DNA of 42,538 bases from a virus (taxonomy: Duplodnaviria > Caudoviricetes), in IMG/VR virus record IMGVR_UViG_3300020161_001223, positions 1-42,538 of that record; one strand, given 5' to 3'. Within the stretch, counting starts at the first letter, position 1, and every line of letters begins with the position of its first letter. Below are positions 26,838-36,183 of the stretch, in pieces. The notes beneath the pieces are model-generated. The model saw only the letters and a list, made by a program, of their open reading frames with translations, searched no databases and was not told the DNA's origin. The position numbers and the translations under genes are program-made.

Positions 26838-27738
26838 AATACTAGTTACTGGTGGTCACGGCCTTGTTGGGTCTGAGTTTATTGGTGAAAGATACTTTAA
26901 GCCCACATCTAAAGATTACGATTTACGTAACACAAACGACGTTAATAGATTAATGTTAAAAAAATTTGATAGCGTAATCCACACAGCGGGTAAAGTCGGT
27001 GGTTTAGGAGGTAATATGAATCACAAAGGTGAATTTTACTATGACAACATTATGATTAATACAAATGTAATTGAAAGTGCTAGAATTACAGGTGTTAAAA
27101 ATTTAGTCGCATTCCTTTCTACCTGTGTGTTCCCAAATGAAGTTGAGTATCCTTTGACAGAAAAAAAAGTTCATTTAGGTCCTCCCCATTTTTCTAACGA
27201 CGCATACGCATATTCTAAACGTATGGTTGATGTACAAATACGAGCATATAAAGAACAATACGGATTAAATTATAAATCGGTTATACCGACAAATATATAT
27301 GGTCCAAATGATAACTATGATATCGTAAATGGACATGTGGTTCCGTCTTTAATACACAAGTGTTATTTAGCGAGAGAAAACAAAACACCTTTAAATATTT
27401 GGGGTAGTGGTACTCCGTTGAGAGAATTCATTTTTAGTCAAGATGTTGCAAAACTAACAGAGTGGGTTTTAGAAAACTACAATGAAAATGAACCAGTTAT
27501 ATTATCAACATCTGAAGAAATTTCTATTAGAGACGTGGTTGGGATTATTATTGAATTAATGAATTTTAAAGGAGAAGTTATTTTTGATTCAACAAAACCT
27601 GACGGTCAACATAGAAAACCAAGTGATAATTCAAAAATCAAATCTTATTTACCTGATTTTCAGTTTACCCCAATATATGAAGGTCTAAAAGAAACTATTG
27701 ATTATTTTGAAAATCACTATAACCTTTTAAGAAAATAA
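26827..27738 (+). CDS. fcl: GDP-L-fucose synthase / ColC-type epimerase-reductase
   Basis: VTGGHGLVG, AGKVGG, LSTCVFP (catalytic Cys), YAYSK, PTNIYGPNDNY, HVVPSLI (catalytic His), WGSGTPLREF, KPDGQ. Confidence 0.92.
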   Translation: MENKILVTGGHGLVGSEFIGERYFKPTSKDYDLRNTNDVNRLMLKKFDSVIHTAGKVGGLGGNMNHKGEFYYDNIMINTNVIESARITGVKNLVAFLSTCVFPNEVEYPLTEKKVHLGPPHFSNDAYAYSKRMVDVQIRAYKEQYGLNYKSVIPTNIYGPNDNYDIVNGHVVPSLIHKCYLARENKTPLNIWGSGTPLREFIFSQDVAKLTEWVLENYNENEPVILSTSEEISIRDVVGIIIELMNFKGEVIFDSTKPDGQHRKPSDNSKIKSYLPDFQFTPIYEGLKETIDYFENHYNLLRK

Positions 27739-27739
27739 A

Positions 27740-28480
27740 ATGACAAGAAAACGAGGAAGTCAAATCGCTGAAGAGCCGGTAATACCAAAAACTATTACTA
27801 AAAAAGATTACATTAATTCGGTAATTAAAAGAAAACAAAAAAATAAGTTTTTATCAGATAACCAAAAAGAATATTATGACATATTGATTAATAATCAAAT
27901 TACTATATGTTCAGGTCCTGCTGGTGTTGGTAAAAGTTATATCTCTATGAGGGCTGCGGTTGACTTACTAATGGACCCTAACAATGCGTATGAGAAAATA
28001 ATCATTGTTAGACCAGCAGTTGAGGCTGAAGAAAAATTAGGTTCCCTACCAGGAAATTTAGAAGAAAAATTAGACCCATATATTTTTCCATCTTACTACC
28101 TACTTAATAAGATTATAGGAAAAGAGGCTAGAGAAAAATTAAAAGAAGCCGAAATTATTGAGGTATTTGCATTGGCTTATATGAGAGGAATGAATATTGA
28201 CAACTCAATTCTAATTTTTGAAGAAGCACAAAACGCCACCCCCAATCAGATGAAATTATTATTAACAAGGATTGGATATAATAGTAAATTCTTTATTTCT
28301 GGTGATTTAGAACAAACCGACCGATATAAAGACAAAAAACAATCAGGTCTTTATGACGCGTTACAAAGGTTTCAAAACATTAACGATGTGGGTGTTTATG
28401 ATTTTAGAAATGCCAAAAACGTAAGAAACCCATTAATAAGTAAAATATTAGAAAAGTACGATGAAGAGAATAGGAATTGA
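27740..28480 (+). CDS. phoH: PhoH-family ATPase
   Basis: GPAGVGKS, RPAVEA, LGSLPG, LAYMRG, EEAQN, LTRIG, GDLEQ.D. Confidence 0.95.
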   Translation: MTRKRGSQIAEEPVIPKTITKKDYINSVIKRKQKNKFLSDNQKEYYDILINNQITICSGPAGVGKSYISMRAAVDLLMDPNNAYEKIIIVRPAVEAEEKLGSLPGNLEEKLDPYIFPSYYLLNKIIGKEAREKLKEAEIIEVFALAYMRGMNIDNSILIFEEAQNATPNQMKLLLTRIGYNSKFFISGDLEQTDRYKDKKQSGLYDALQRFQNINDVGVYDFRNAKNVRNPLISKILEKYDEENRN

Positions 28481-29114
28481 GGTTAATGGAGTTTTAAGAA
28501 ATACATTAGACAAGTTTAAACAATTATATGAAAAACATATGATTGAAAATTTTGAGTCGGAAAACTCTAACCAAACTTTTGAAATCGATATGTCGGGTAA
28601 CACCAAACTTGAGGATGTTGCAACTGAATTTAAATATGAAATTGTTGAACCTATTGATACGTATGATTTAAAAAATCATTTTAAATTTCCGTCTGACGAC
28701 GAACTTTTTAGTTTCATGTTTGAGGATTTCCCAATGCAACTTTTTGGACATGCGGGTTCTACAGAAACATATTCATTTAATGACTTAAATGAATTTTATT
28801 TAAATAACAGAGACGAATATGAGATATATATTATTTCGGACGAGATTGGTAAATCAAAACCAGCCACTTTATTTTTCCTATCAAAATTCGGGTGTCAAAT
28901 AGAAAATATAAAGTTTTATTCTAATACCACATTAAACGATATGTGGGGTTGTATTGATATGTTATTAACTGCAAATCCAGATTTACTTAAGAATGCACCT
29001 GAAAATAAAACTACAGTTCAATATATTACTGACTATAATAAGAATGTTGAATGTGAATATAAAATAGAAAAGTTGTCAGACTTAGATGAACTAGTAAAAC
29101 AAATTAAATTATGA
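28461..29114 (+). CDS. degenerate HAD/5'-nucleotidase (NT5C)-like protein
   Basis: RIGIEVNGVLRN in place of IGIDxDGVL; C-terminal YN pattern; the motif IV acidic pair is absent (DMLLTANP). Confidence 0.5.
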   Translation: MKRIGIEVNGVLRNTLDKFKQLYEKHMIENFESENSNQTFEIDMSGNTKLEDVATEFKYEIVEPIDTYDLKNHFKFPSDDELFSFMFEDFPMQLFGHAGSTETYSFNDLNEFYLNNRDEYEIYIISDEIGKSKPATLFFLSKFGCQIENIKFYSNTTLNDMWGCIDMLLTANPDLLKNAPENKTTVQYITDYNKNVECEYKIEKLSDLDELVKQIKL

Positions 29115-29392
29115 TACCATTTTTAGGTGAAAGTTACTACTTTGATGTAGATGAATTGGAGACACAAGTTAGCTTAGCCAATTCTAAATTAATTCCGCTA
29201 TCGGGAGACACCGAAACAGAACAAATAAGCGTTACAAGATATGAAACATTTAAACTATTAATGGAAGTAGTTGTATCGGAAAGAGAAGGTATAGACGATT
29301 CTTTAGGTATGCATAGCGCAAAAGAATTATCAATACCATTCAAAATTTCTTTTAATACTTTATTATTAAATAAAATAATCAAAAAATTTTAA
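29111..29392 (+). CDS. hypothetical protein
   Basis: 93 aa, ATGA-coupled within the operon. Confidence 0.7.
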   Translation: MIPFLGESYYFDVDELETQVSLANSKLIPLSGDTETEQISVTRYETFKLLMEVVVSEREGIDDSLGMHSAKELSIPFKISFNTLLLNKIIKKF

Positions 29393-29395
29393 AAA

Positions 29396-30466
29396 ATGGA
29401 TTTAGAAAAAATCAAAAAGATTGAAGGTTCAGTAACTAACCTTAAAGAAAAAACAGCAAGAATTTATTTTTTAGTACAGGACACAAAAGGTAATCCTAAA
29501 GCCAGTATTAAGTACATTTATGATATGGCTATTACGCTAAAAAATTCAGGATATAATCCTATTATCATACACGAAACAACAGATTACGAAGGTGTTTCTT
29601 CTTGGTTAGATGAGAAATATATGGAATTACCTCACCAATCAATCGATGGTCAAAATTTAGCAATTTCACCTGAAGATATGATTGTATTACCTGAACTATA
29701 TGGTCACGTAATGGAACAAATTAAAAACCTACCTTGTGGTAAAGTTGTTTTGTGTCAAGCGTATGACCATATGTTAGAGACATTAGCACCAGGTGTCACT
29801 TGGTCACAATTAGGTTTCTATAAGTGTATTACAACGTCTGAAAAACAAAAAGAATATATTTCAGAAGTGATGAAAAATGTTAGTATAGATATTTTAGAAC
29901 CTTTTATCGATGGTACTTTTACAAAAAAAGATAAACCATCTAAACCAATTATTTCTATCCACACAAGAGACCAACGAGACACAGCTAAAATCATTAAAAC
30001 TTTCTATTTAAAATACCCACAATACCGATGGATTACATTTAGAGATATGAGAGGTATTTCTATGGAGGATTTTTCTAAGTTTTTAAAAGAATCGTTTTTA
30101 AGTGTTTGGGTTGATAACGAATCATCATTTGGGACATACCCGTTAGAATCTATGTCAGTGGGTACTCCTGTTATTGCGAAGGTTCCTAATATGATACCTG
30201 AATGGATTAATGAAGAAAATGGTGTGTGGACCCAACAATTTAATGAGATTGTTGATGTTGTGGCAAACTTCATCCAAAATTGGTTGGAGGATAATATCTC
30301 AGAAAAATTGTATACAAATATGGAAATGACGTCGTCAAAATATTTAGATAAAAATAAATTTGAGTCAGGAGTAATCGAACTTTTTAATGAATACTTCACA
30401 ACTAGAATCGACGCATTCCAAGAACAATTGGATAAACTAAACGTAACAGAAGAAACAAATAAATAA
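29396..30466 (+). CDS. GT-B fold glycosyltransferase (GT4-like, divergent)
   Basis: IVLPE, ESSFGTYPLESMSVGTPVI (F-G-x-x-x-x-E-x-M-x-x-G-x-P-V). Confidence 0.7.
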   Translation: MDLEKIKKIEGSVTNLKEKTARIYFLVQDTKGNPKASIKYIYDMAITLKNSGYNPIIIHETTDYEGVSSWLDEKYMELPHQSIDGQNLAISPEDMIVLPELYGHVMEQIKNLPCGKVVLCQAYDHMLETLAPGVTWSQLGFYKCITTSEKQKEYISEVMKNVSIDILEPFIDGTFTKKDKPSKPIISIHTRDQRDTAKIIKTFYLKYPQYRWITFRDMRGISMEDFSKFLKESFLSVWVDNESSFGTYPLESMSVGTPVIAKVPNMIPEWINEENGVWTQQFNEIVDVVANFIQNWLEDNISEKLYTNMEMTSSKYLDKNKFESGVIELFNEYFTTRIDAFQEQLDKLNVTEETNK

Positions 30467-30467
30467 A

Positions 30468-31274
30468 ATGGAAAATAATTTAAACGTATCGGTAATAATC
30501 CCTATCAATTCACGTAAACAAAGGGATTTTGAAACTTATTATGAAAGGGCGATTAAATCTGTTCAAATTCAACATACACAACCACTAGAAGTGATTGTCG
30601 TACATTCTGATGAGGACGGATTAAAACAAACATTAGAAAATATTGATTATAGTGGTTTAACTGTAAATTTTGTAGAAAATAAAGGTAAAACAGATTTCAG
30701 TAGCCAAGTTAATTTAGGGGTGGAAAATGCTAAAGGTGATTATATCTCTATTTTAGAATTTGATGACGAGTATTCGACTATTTGGTTCAAAAATGTAAAA
30801 AGATTTATAGAAGCATATCCTGAAGTAGACGCATTCTTACCTTTAGTTGTTGATACTGACGATAAGGGTATGTTTGTAGGGTTTACAAATGAGGCCACGT
30901 TCGCGGCTAGTTTAAATTCAGAAATCGGTTATTTAACTAACGAAGTATTAATGAATTACCAAAACTTCCAAACAAGTGGAATGGTAGTTAAAAAATCAAC
31001 ATATACTGACAACGGAGGATTTAAACCATCTTTCAAACTTACATTTGTTTATGAGTTTTTACTTAGACTTACTTATAACTCAGCACAAATTATGACAATC
31101 CCAAGAATAGGGTACAAACATATGAACTTTAGAGAAGGGTCAATTTTTTGGAGTTATAAGAACGGTCAAAATTCTATCACGGATGATGAGGTTTCGTTTT
31201 GGATTGAGTCAGCAAAAAAAGAACATTTCTTCACAGCAGACAGAGATATAAAATACGAACCACAGGAAGCATAA
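30468..31274 (+). CDS. GT2-family glycosyltransferase
   Basis: VSVIIP, RAIKSV..Q, NLGVENAKGDYISILEFDDEY, GGFK. Confidence 0.8.
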   Translation: MENNLNVSVIIPINSRKQRDFETYYERAIKSVQIQHTQPLEVIVVHSDEDGLKQTLENIDYSGLTVNFVENKGKTDFSSQVNLGVENAKGDYISILEFDDEYSTIWFKNVKRFIEAYPEVDAFLPLVVDTDDKGMFVGFTNEATFAASLNSEIGYLTNEVLMNYQNFQTSGMVVKKSTYTDNGGFKPSFKLTFVYEFLLRLTYNSAQIMTIPRIGYKHMNFREGSIFWSYKNGQNSITDDEVSFWIESAKKEHFFTADRDIKYEPQEA

Positions 31275-32026
31275 TGTTTGTATCGTCTGGCACAGTCACA
31301 GAAGTTACATATGAAGAGCAAAAGACGGAAAAAAAAGTAAAAAACAATAATTACTTTGATGTACGTGAAGAAGAGGCGGTAAAGGCATATATTATAGCCG
31401 AAAGCAAACAAGAAAAAGAAGTTATTTATAACAAATTTTTAAGAGTACCTCTCGATAAAATGATTGAGTCAATCATTAGAAGATACAAGTTGTATAGAAA
31501 AGATATGGATTATAATGATATCCATACGGACACACATTCTTTTTTAATGACCAAAGTTGATAAGTTTAAGCCTGCTAAAAATAAGAAGGCTTATTCTTAT
31601 TTTGGGACAATATGTAAAAATTATCTAATGGGTCAAATATTGAAAGACCAAAAAGAGATGAATCGAAAAATTTCTTATGAGGACATTTCAAGTGCGTTAG
31701 AGAATAGACCTGATATGGTTTATTATTTAGAGTTTGAAAAGATTGATGCTGAAAAAATTATAGATAAATTTTTGGTTGATTTAAAATCATACGTTAACGA
31801 CAACCAACTTCAAGAAAACGAAAGTAAGTTAGGTTATGCGTTGATAGAACTTTTTGATGATTATGGAAATATTTTTATTGGTAATGATAATAATAAGTTT
31901 AATAAGAACATAGTACTACTTACCTTAAGAGAGATGACCAATCTTAACACAAAAGAAATCCGAACATACTTAAAAAAGTACAAATCTTTATATTTAGAAA
32001 CTTTAAGAAAAATACATAATCAATAG
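31274..32026 (+). CDS. phage sigma factor, T4 gp55-like (late transcription)
   Basis: KFKPAKNKKAYSYFGTICKNYL resembles sigma region 2.3-2.4 / gp55 F.P.K...F.YFT.I..N; NNYF N-terminal motif. Confidence 0.65.
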   Translation: MFVSSGTVTEVTYEEQKTEKKVKNNNYFDVREEEAVKAYIIAESKQEKEVIYNKFLRVPLDKMIESIIRRYKLYRKDMDYNDIHTDTHSFLMTKVDKFKPAKNKKAYSYFGTICKNYLMGQILKDQKEMNRKISYEDISSALENRPDMVYYLEFEKIDAEKIIDKFLVDLKSYVNDNQLQENESKLGYALIELFDDYGNIFIGNDNNKFNKNIVLLTLREMTNLNTKEIRTYLKKYKSLYLETLRKIHNQ

Positions 32027-32031
32027 ACAAA

Positions 32032-32038
32032 TATTTAT
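32032..32038 (+). promoter_or_regulatory. putative late promoter TATTTAT
   Basis: in the 16-nt spacer, 4 nt before the ATG at 32043 that starts the structural block. Confidence 0.5.
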
Positions 32039-32042
32039 TGTT

Positions 32043-32411
32043 ATGAATAGGACAAGAAAAAAAGAAATCAGTTTAAATAAAGATTCAGTATTGGGTTTAA
32101 TGCAAGAAATCTATAATGAATTAGTTGAACAAAGGTCAACCGCGATTCGTATCCAAAATAAAATGTTGGCACTTTTAAAAGATGCTGAAGATATGACGGT
32201 AATTGGGCCTGTAATTAAGGAACAACAAAAAATTATTAACGATACGATTGAAAAGAAATTAAGTTTATCAAAACTACAATCAAGTATTTGGGAAAAATCA
32301 AATAACGCAAAAGAAGATTCATTTAGTCTAACAGATATGGATGAAGATACTCTACAATCTTTAATACAAAAAGATGTGGATAACAGTAAAGGTCAAAATT
32401 ATAAACTATAA
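32043..32411 (+). CDS. hypothetical coiled-coil protein
   Basis: 122 aa, helical heptad-like composition. Confidence 0.7.
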   Translation: MNRTRKKEISLNKDSVLGLMQEIYNELVEQRSTAIRIQNKMLALLKDAEDMTVIGPVIKEQQKIINDTIEKKLSLSKLQSSIWEKSNNAKEDSFSLTDMDEDTLQSLIQKDVDNSKGQNYKL

Positions 32412-34402
32412 TGGGACTTGATTTATCAAACGATTACGAAAAGGCCAAAAGTAAAATTAGTGCATATCAGACTACAAAAGAGTCTAAAAAAAACAACGCT
32501 TTAAAACAAAAAGAAAAGGCACAAACATCGTTAGATAAAAAGAAAAGTAGCGTTGTAAAACAAATTAGTGAATTAGAAAAAAAGGGAACTCAATTTAGTA
32601 GTAAATTAAAAAATGATGTTAAAAGTGAAGTAAAAGGACAATTAGAACAACTTTTAGATTTACTTAAACAAACGTTCCCACCATCAGAAAACAAGGCGTT
32701 AGACACCGTAAGAAGAGTTTTTTTAGAAGCTGCTCAAAACACAAAAGGTAAAGTTAAAAGTATCTTAGTGGATGAAATCATTAGCACCATAGGGTGTTCA
32801 GAAGAACAATCATATGAAGATAAATTAAATCAAGACATTTACATAAAGGTAAGTCAAATTGATTTATTTAAGAGACTCGTTTATTCGCCCGATGATGAGG
32901 TTGCTAAATACTACTACGAAACTAACGATACCCCAACAGGTACGGTACCTTATAGTATGAATAGAGAACTTTATTCAAGACTACAAAATTTAGGACAATC
33001 TTATCAAACACAATTTGGTTCATCATATGTTGGGGCATCAGGGCAACAGTTATTCGACATTGAGTACGTCGAATTCTACCCCGCAGTAAACCCAACGAAT
33101 TTCGGGGATTATTACAAAATAACTTTAAAACCTCAATTAAATAATACCACGAGTGTATCTGACTTTTTATTTGATTACTATGATAGTATAGAAGTGTTGG
33201 GTATCGACTCTGTTTTTACTGAGTTGTTAAATATTATCTTTGGTGGATTTAGTTTTGACTTAGGGATATCGACCGATAAACTTAGAGAAGAAAAAAAGTT
33301 TGATTTAATAATTAAAAGAATTAGTGGTATCTGTTCTGACCCTACTAAAAGTATTGATGTTGGGGGTACCGCTAAACTTAATGATTTAGATTTAATTGAT
33401 GATGCATTTTTTGAAATTTCTAATCAAGAATTAAGGTCTATTGAAAATGAAATTAACAATATAACTAATGGTGTTGTTGAATTTGAGTCTTGTGAGGGTA
33501 TTAAATTACCTGTTAATACAAATGCAATGTTTAGTGCACTTGACCAAGTAATAACTGAAAACAAACCTTCAAGTCAAATAGATTTAATTGAGTCGGCATT
33601 AGATGATATGTCAAAAAACCCCGAATGGTCAAATTTAGTTCCCGGTATTGGAATTGATTTGAATATAAAAGGTGATATCGATTTTAAAGTCATTACCGAA
33701 ATGGCTAAAATTATCTATCGAAGTGTTTTATCACCTAAAGTAATGTTAGGGTTTTTGATAATGGTTAAGGCGATTAATAATAATATATCACAAACATTAG
33801 ATGATGCGTATGATGATTTAACACAATTTATGAAATCGTTTAGGAAGTTTAATGTGAATTTTATTAGAAGAATTTACTCATTATATGTTGAGGAATTGTT
33901 TAAAATTATAAAAAGAGATATTAAAAAACTAGTTTCGGGTATTTTATCAGACATAGTAAAAGAAGCTAAAAACAAACAACTTCAGATGTACTCCTCTATT
34001 CTTTACGCACTTTTAGTTGTTGGTCAGGCCTTTATTGATTTTAGAAATTGTAAAAGTGTAATTGATGAAATTTTAAAACTATTAAATTTAGGTATTAGTC
34101 AGTTAAATTTAGGATTACCTACTTTCGCATTGGCAGCCTCAAAATTACTAGGTGGTGTTTCTGACACAAGAGCTTTTGCTAACGTAGTAGAAAATTTACA
34201 AAAATCAGGATTACCGACAGGGGATTTACCAGACGGTAGTCCCAATTTTATGAATTCGGCGTTTGATGGAATTATAAAGGGTATGAATCAAGAGCAAGCG
34301 GAAAATGGTAAAACTGAAGTATTTATACCACCATTAACCGTAATCACACCATTTGGACCTGGAGTATCTAAACCATCTAAAGGTTATGGTAAATCATATT
34401 AA
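32411..34402 (+). CDS. hypothetical protein, probably tail/baseplate associated
   Basis: 663 aa, TAATG-coupled, upstream of the spike gene in a late operon. Confidence 0.7.
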   Translation: MGLDLSNDYEKAKSKISAYQTTKESKKNNALKQKEKAQTSLDKKKSSVVKQISELEKKGTQFSSKLKNDVKSEVKGQLEQLLDLLKQTFPPSENKALDTVRRVFLEAAQNTKGKVKSILVDEIISTIGCSEEQSYEDKLNQDIYIKVSQIDLFKRLVYSPDDEVAKYYYETNDTPTGTVPYSMNRELYSRLQNLGQSYQTQFGSSYVGASGQQLFDIEYVEFYPAVNPTNFGDYYKITLKPQLNNTTSVSDFLFDYYDSIEVLGIDSVFTELLNIIFGGFSFDLGISTDKLREEKKFDLIIKRISGICSDPTKSIDVGGTAKLNDLDLIDDAFFEISNQELRSIENEINNITNGVVEFESCEGIKLPVNTNAMFSALDQVITENKPSSQIDLIESALDDMSKNPEWSNLVPGIGIDLNIKGDIDFKVITEMAKIIYRSVLSPKVMLGFLIMVKAINNNISQTLDDAYDDLTQFMKSFRKFNVNFIRRIYSLYVEELFKIIKRDIKKLVSGILSDIVKEAKNKQLQMYSSILYALLVVGQAFIDFRNCKSVIDEILKLLNLGISQLNLGLPTFALAASKLLGGVSDTRAFANVVENLQKSGLPTGDLPDGSPNFMNSAFDGIIKGMNQEQAENGKTEVFIPPLTVITPFGPGVSKPSKGYGKSY

Positions 34403-34403
34403 T

Positions 34404-34604
34404 ATGGAAGCAGAAGAAATAAAAGACGTTTTAGCCAACTTTAAAAATAAACCAAATAAGAGTTTAGTAACGGTTATGGATTATTTAAAGGAGGACTTTG
34501 ATAACACTAAAGAGTTATTAATAAAATTAACTCATCATTTAGATAGTACTGAAAAAGAGTACAATAAAATCTATGATGAATACAAAAAAAGAATGAATGA
34601 GTAA
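34404..34604 (+). CDS. small coiled-coil hypothetical protein
   Basis: ATG at 34404 lies just after the upstream stop; overlaps the next start. Confidence 0.65.
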   Translation: MEAEEIKDVLANFKNKPNKSLVTVMDYLKEDFDNTKELLIKLTHHLDSTEKEYNKIYDEYKKRMNE

Positions 34605-36162
34605 CTATATTGACGGACAGCAGATTTTCTTTGGGACTTGCTTATCGAGTGATGACCCACTTATGTTAGGTCGTATCAGGGTAGAACCTGAAACGTTAAA
34701 TCAAACCGCATTAGAAAAGGCTAATCCGAATTTTAATGAAAACTCAACAGACCCAAATAAAAATGGTCCTTGGTCTGATTTGGACCCGTATATTTATTTA
34801 CCATTATTACCTTATTTCGTGAACCAAGTCCCGAAAAAAGGGGAGAAGGTAATGTTGTTTTATTATAATACAAATTCAAAAACAGACAGAAATAGATTCT
34901 ATATCATTAGTACCTTTTCATCTCCTACGACAATAAAATTTGAAGATGGTTCATCGTCACAAACAAGGTTAAATTCAGGTTATGGTAACTCAACAAAAAG
35001 ATTACCACCAATTAAAAACCAAGACGGTACATTTAAAAATGATAAAAATAGGGGGGTATTTCCTGAACCTGTAGATATTTCAATTAACGGTAGGGATAGT
35101 GCTGATATTGTGGTTAAAGAAAGTGAACTTCTTTTACGAGCAGGAAAACACAAAAATTTCTCAACAGGACAACTTCCTGATGAAGAACCTAAAAGAGCGT
35201 TTTTACAATTGTCTAAATATAATACCGATACTTTTTTTGGTGATGTAAAAAGTAGAACAAGATTAATACAAAATAAAAAACCAATTAAATATTTGGTTGA
35301 GTATGATGTATTAAACCCAGAAAACCAATTTTCTGCCTTTACCGGTGTTTTATACATCTACCAACTTAGAACCGAAAAACTAGCAGCAAAAACTTTAACA
35401 GGTAATTTTAATGTAACCACTGAATTAAACACAACAGGTTCAACGGATGGAGTTCAACTTATAAAAATGATTAATTTCCCATTAGGGTTAAATTTACAAG
35501 ATTTATCACTTTTAATTAATCAATCATTAAAAAGTATTATTACAAATCCAGCTTTATCATTATCTTCCCCTATTCTTCAAAAAAACGAACAGTACCCATT
35601 TTATTATAGACCAACTAAAAAAGTTTATAATTTAGCAACAAATCCAGACAATAGTCAATTGATTGCGTCATCAAATATGGTGAAACTAATGTCTCTGGTT
35701 AACATTTCAACTACGGACATTAAATCAGGATATGGTTTAGTTTTAGACTCAAAATTATCTCCGAACATCCCATTTGAAAGACAAAAATCAACATACGTTT
35801 CTTCTTCTGCGCAAATTTCAGATAACACCGCAGCATTATTAGGGGCAACGAGACTATACTTCCTTTCTAACGAAACGGAGATTCCCGGTAAATCAAAAAT
35901 TAATTTCGATGGTTCAATTTATGGTATTGAAAAAGAACAAATAGACAATGAAATCGAACCAAATACCTCATCAATGGTGAGGGGTGAAGAACTTTTAGAA
36001 CTTTTACAATTAATAGTTAAATTCTGTATTACTCACGTTCACCCATATCCAGGACTACCCCCAACACCGACAACAGTTGATGGTACGACTGTAGATGATT
36101 TATTATCAAATATGTTAAATGCTTATCAAAAAGTTTTGAATAGTAATATTCGACTTAACTAA
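34597..36162 (+). CDS. baseplate central spike/hub protein (gp5/VgrG/gpV-like)
   Basis: OB-fold motif DDPLMLGRIRV...PLLP....VPKKGEKV; C-terminal VRGEEL...THVHP (HxH tip motif). Confidence 0.7.
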   Translation: MSNYIDGQQIFFGTCLSSDDPLMLGRIRVEPETLNQTALEKANPNFNENSTDPNKNGPWSDLDPYIYLPLLPYFVNQVPKKGEKVMLFYYNTNSKTDRNRFYIISTFSSPTTIKFEDGSSSQTRLNSGYGNSTKRLPPIKNQDGTFKNDKNRGVFPEPVDISINGRDSADIVVKESELLLRAGKHKNFSTGQLPDEEPKRAFLQLSKYNTDTFFGDVKSRTRLIQNKKPIKYLVEYDVLNPENQFSAFTGVLYIYQLRTEKLAAKTLTGNFNVTTELNTTGSTDGVQLIKMINFPLGLNLQDLSLLINQSLKSIITNPALSLSSPILQKNEQYPFYYRPTKKVYNLATNPDNSQLIASSNMVKLMSLVNISTTDIKSGYGLVLDSKLSPNIPFERQKSTYVSSSAQISDNTAALLGATRLYFLSNETEIPGKSKINFDGSIYGIEKEQIDNEIEPNTSSMVRGEELLELLQLIVKFCITHVHPYPGLPPTPTTVDGTTVDDLLSNMLNAYQKVLNSNIRLN

Positions 36163-36163
36163 G

Positions 36164-36171
36164 TATTTATA
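36164..36171 (+). promoter_or_regulatory. putative late promoter TATTTATA
   Basis: intergenic, 12 nt before the ATG at 36184. Confidence 0.55.
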
Positions 36172-36183
36172 GATAAAACAAAC

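Noticed and set aside
12839-27738. Bacterial O-antigen locus or host contamination
   Set aside because: Interleaved and translationally coupled with phage-type dut, exonuclease, phoH and sigma genes, flanked by virion genes, and lacking wzx/wzy/wzz
12839-31274. Glycosyltransferases acting as T4-style DNA hypermodification enzymes
   Set aside because: No dCMP/dUMP hydroxymethylase or base-modification gene is visible in the window, and the families present (GT10, GT11, GT23, Glf, ColD) build surface-type glycans; not fully excluded for individual GTs
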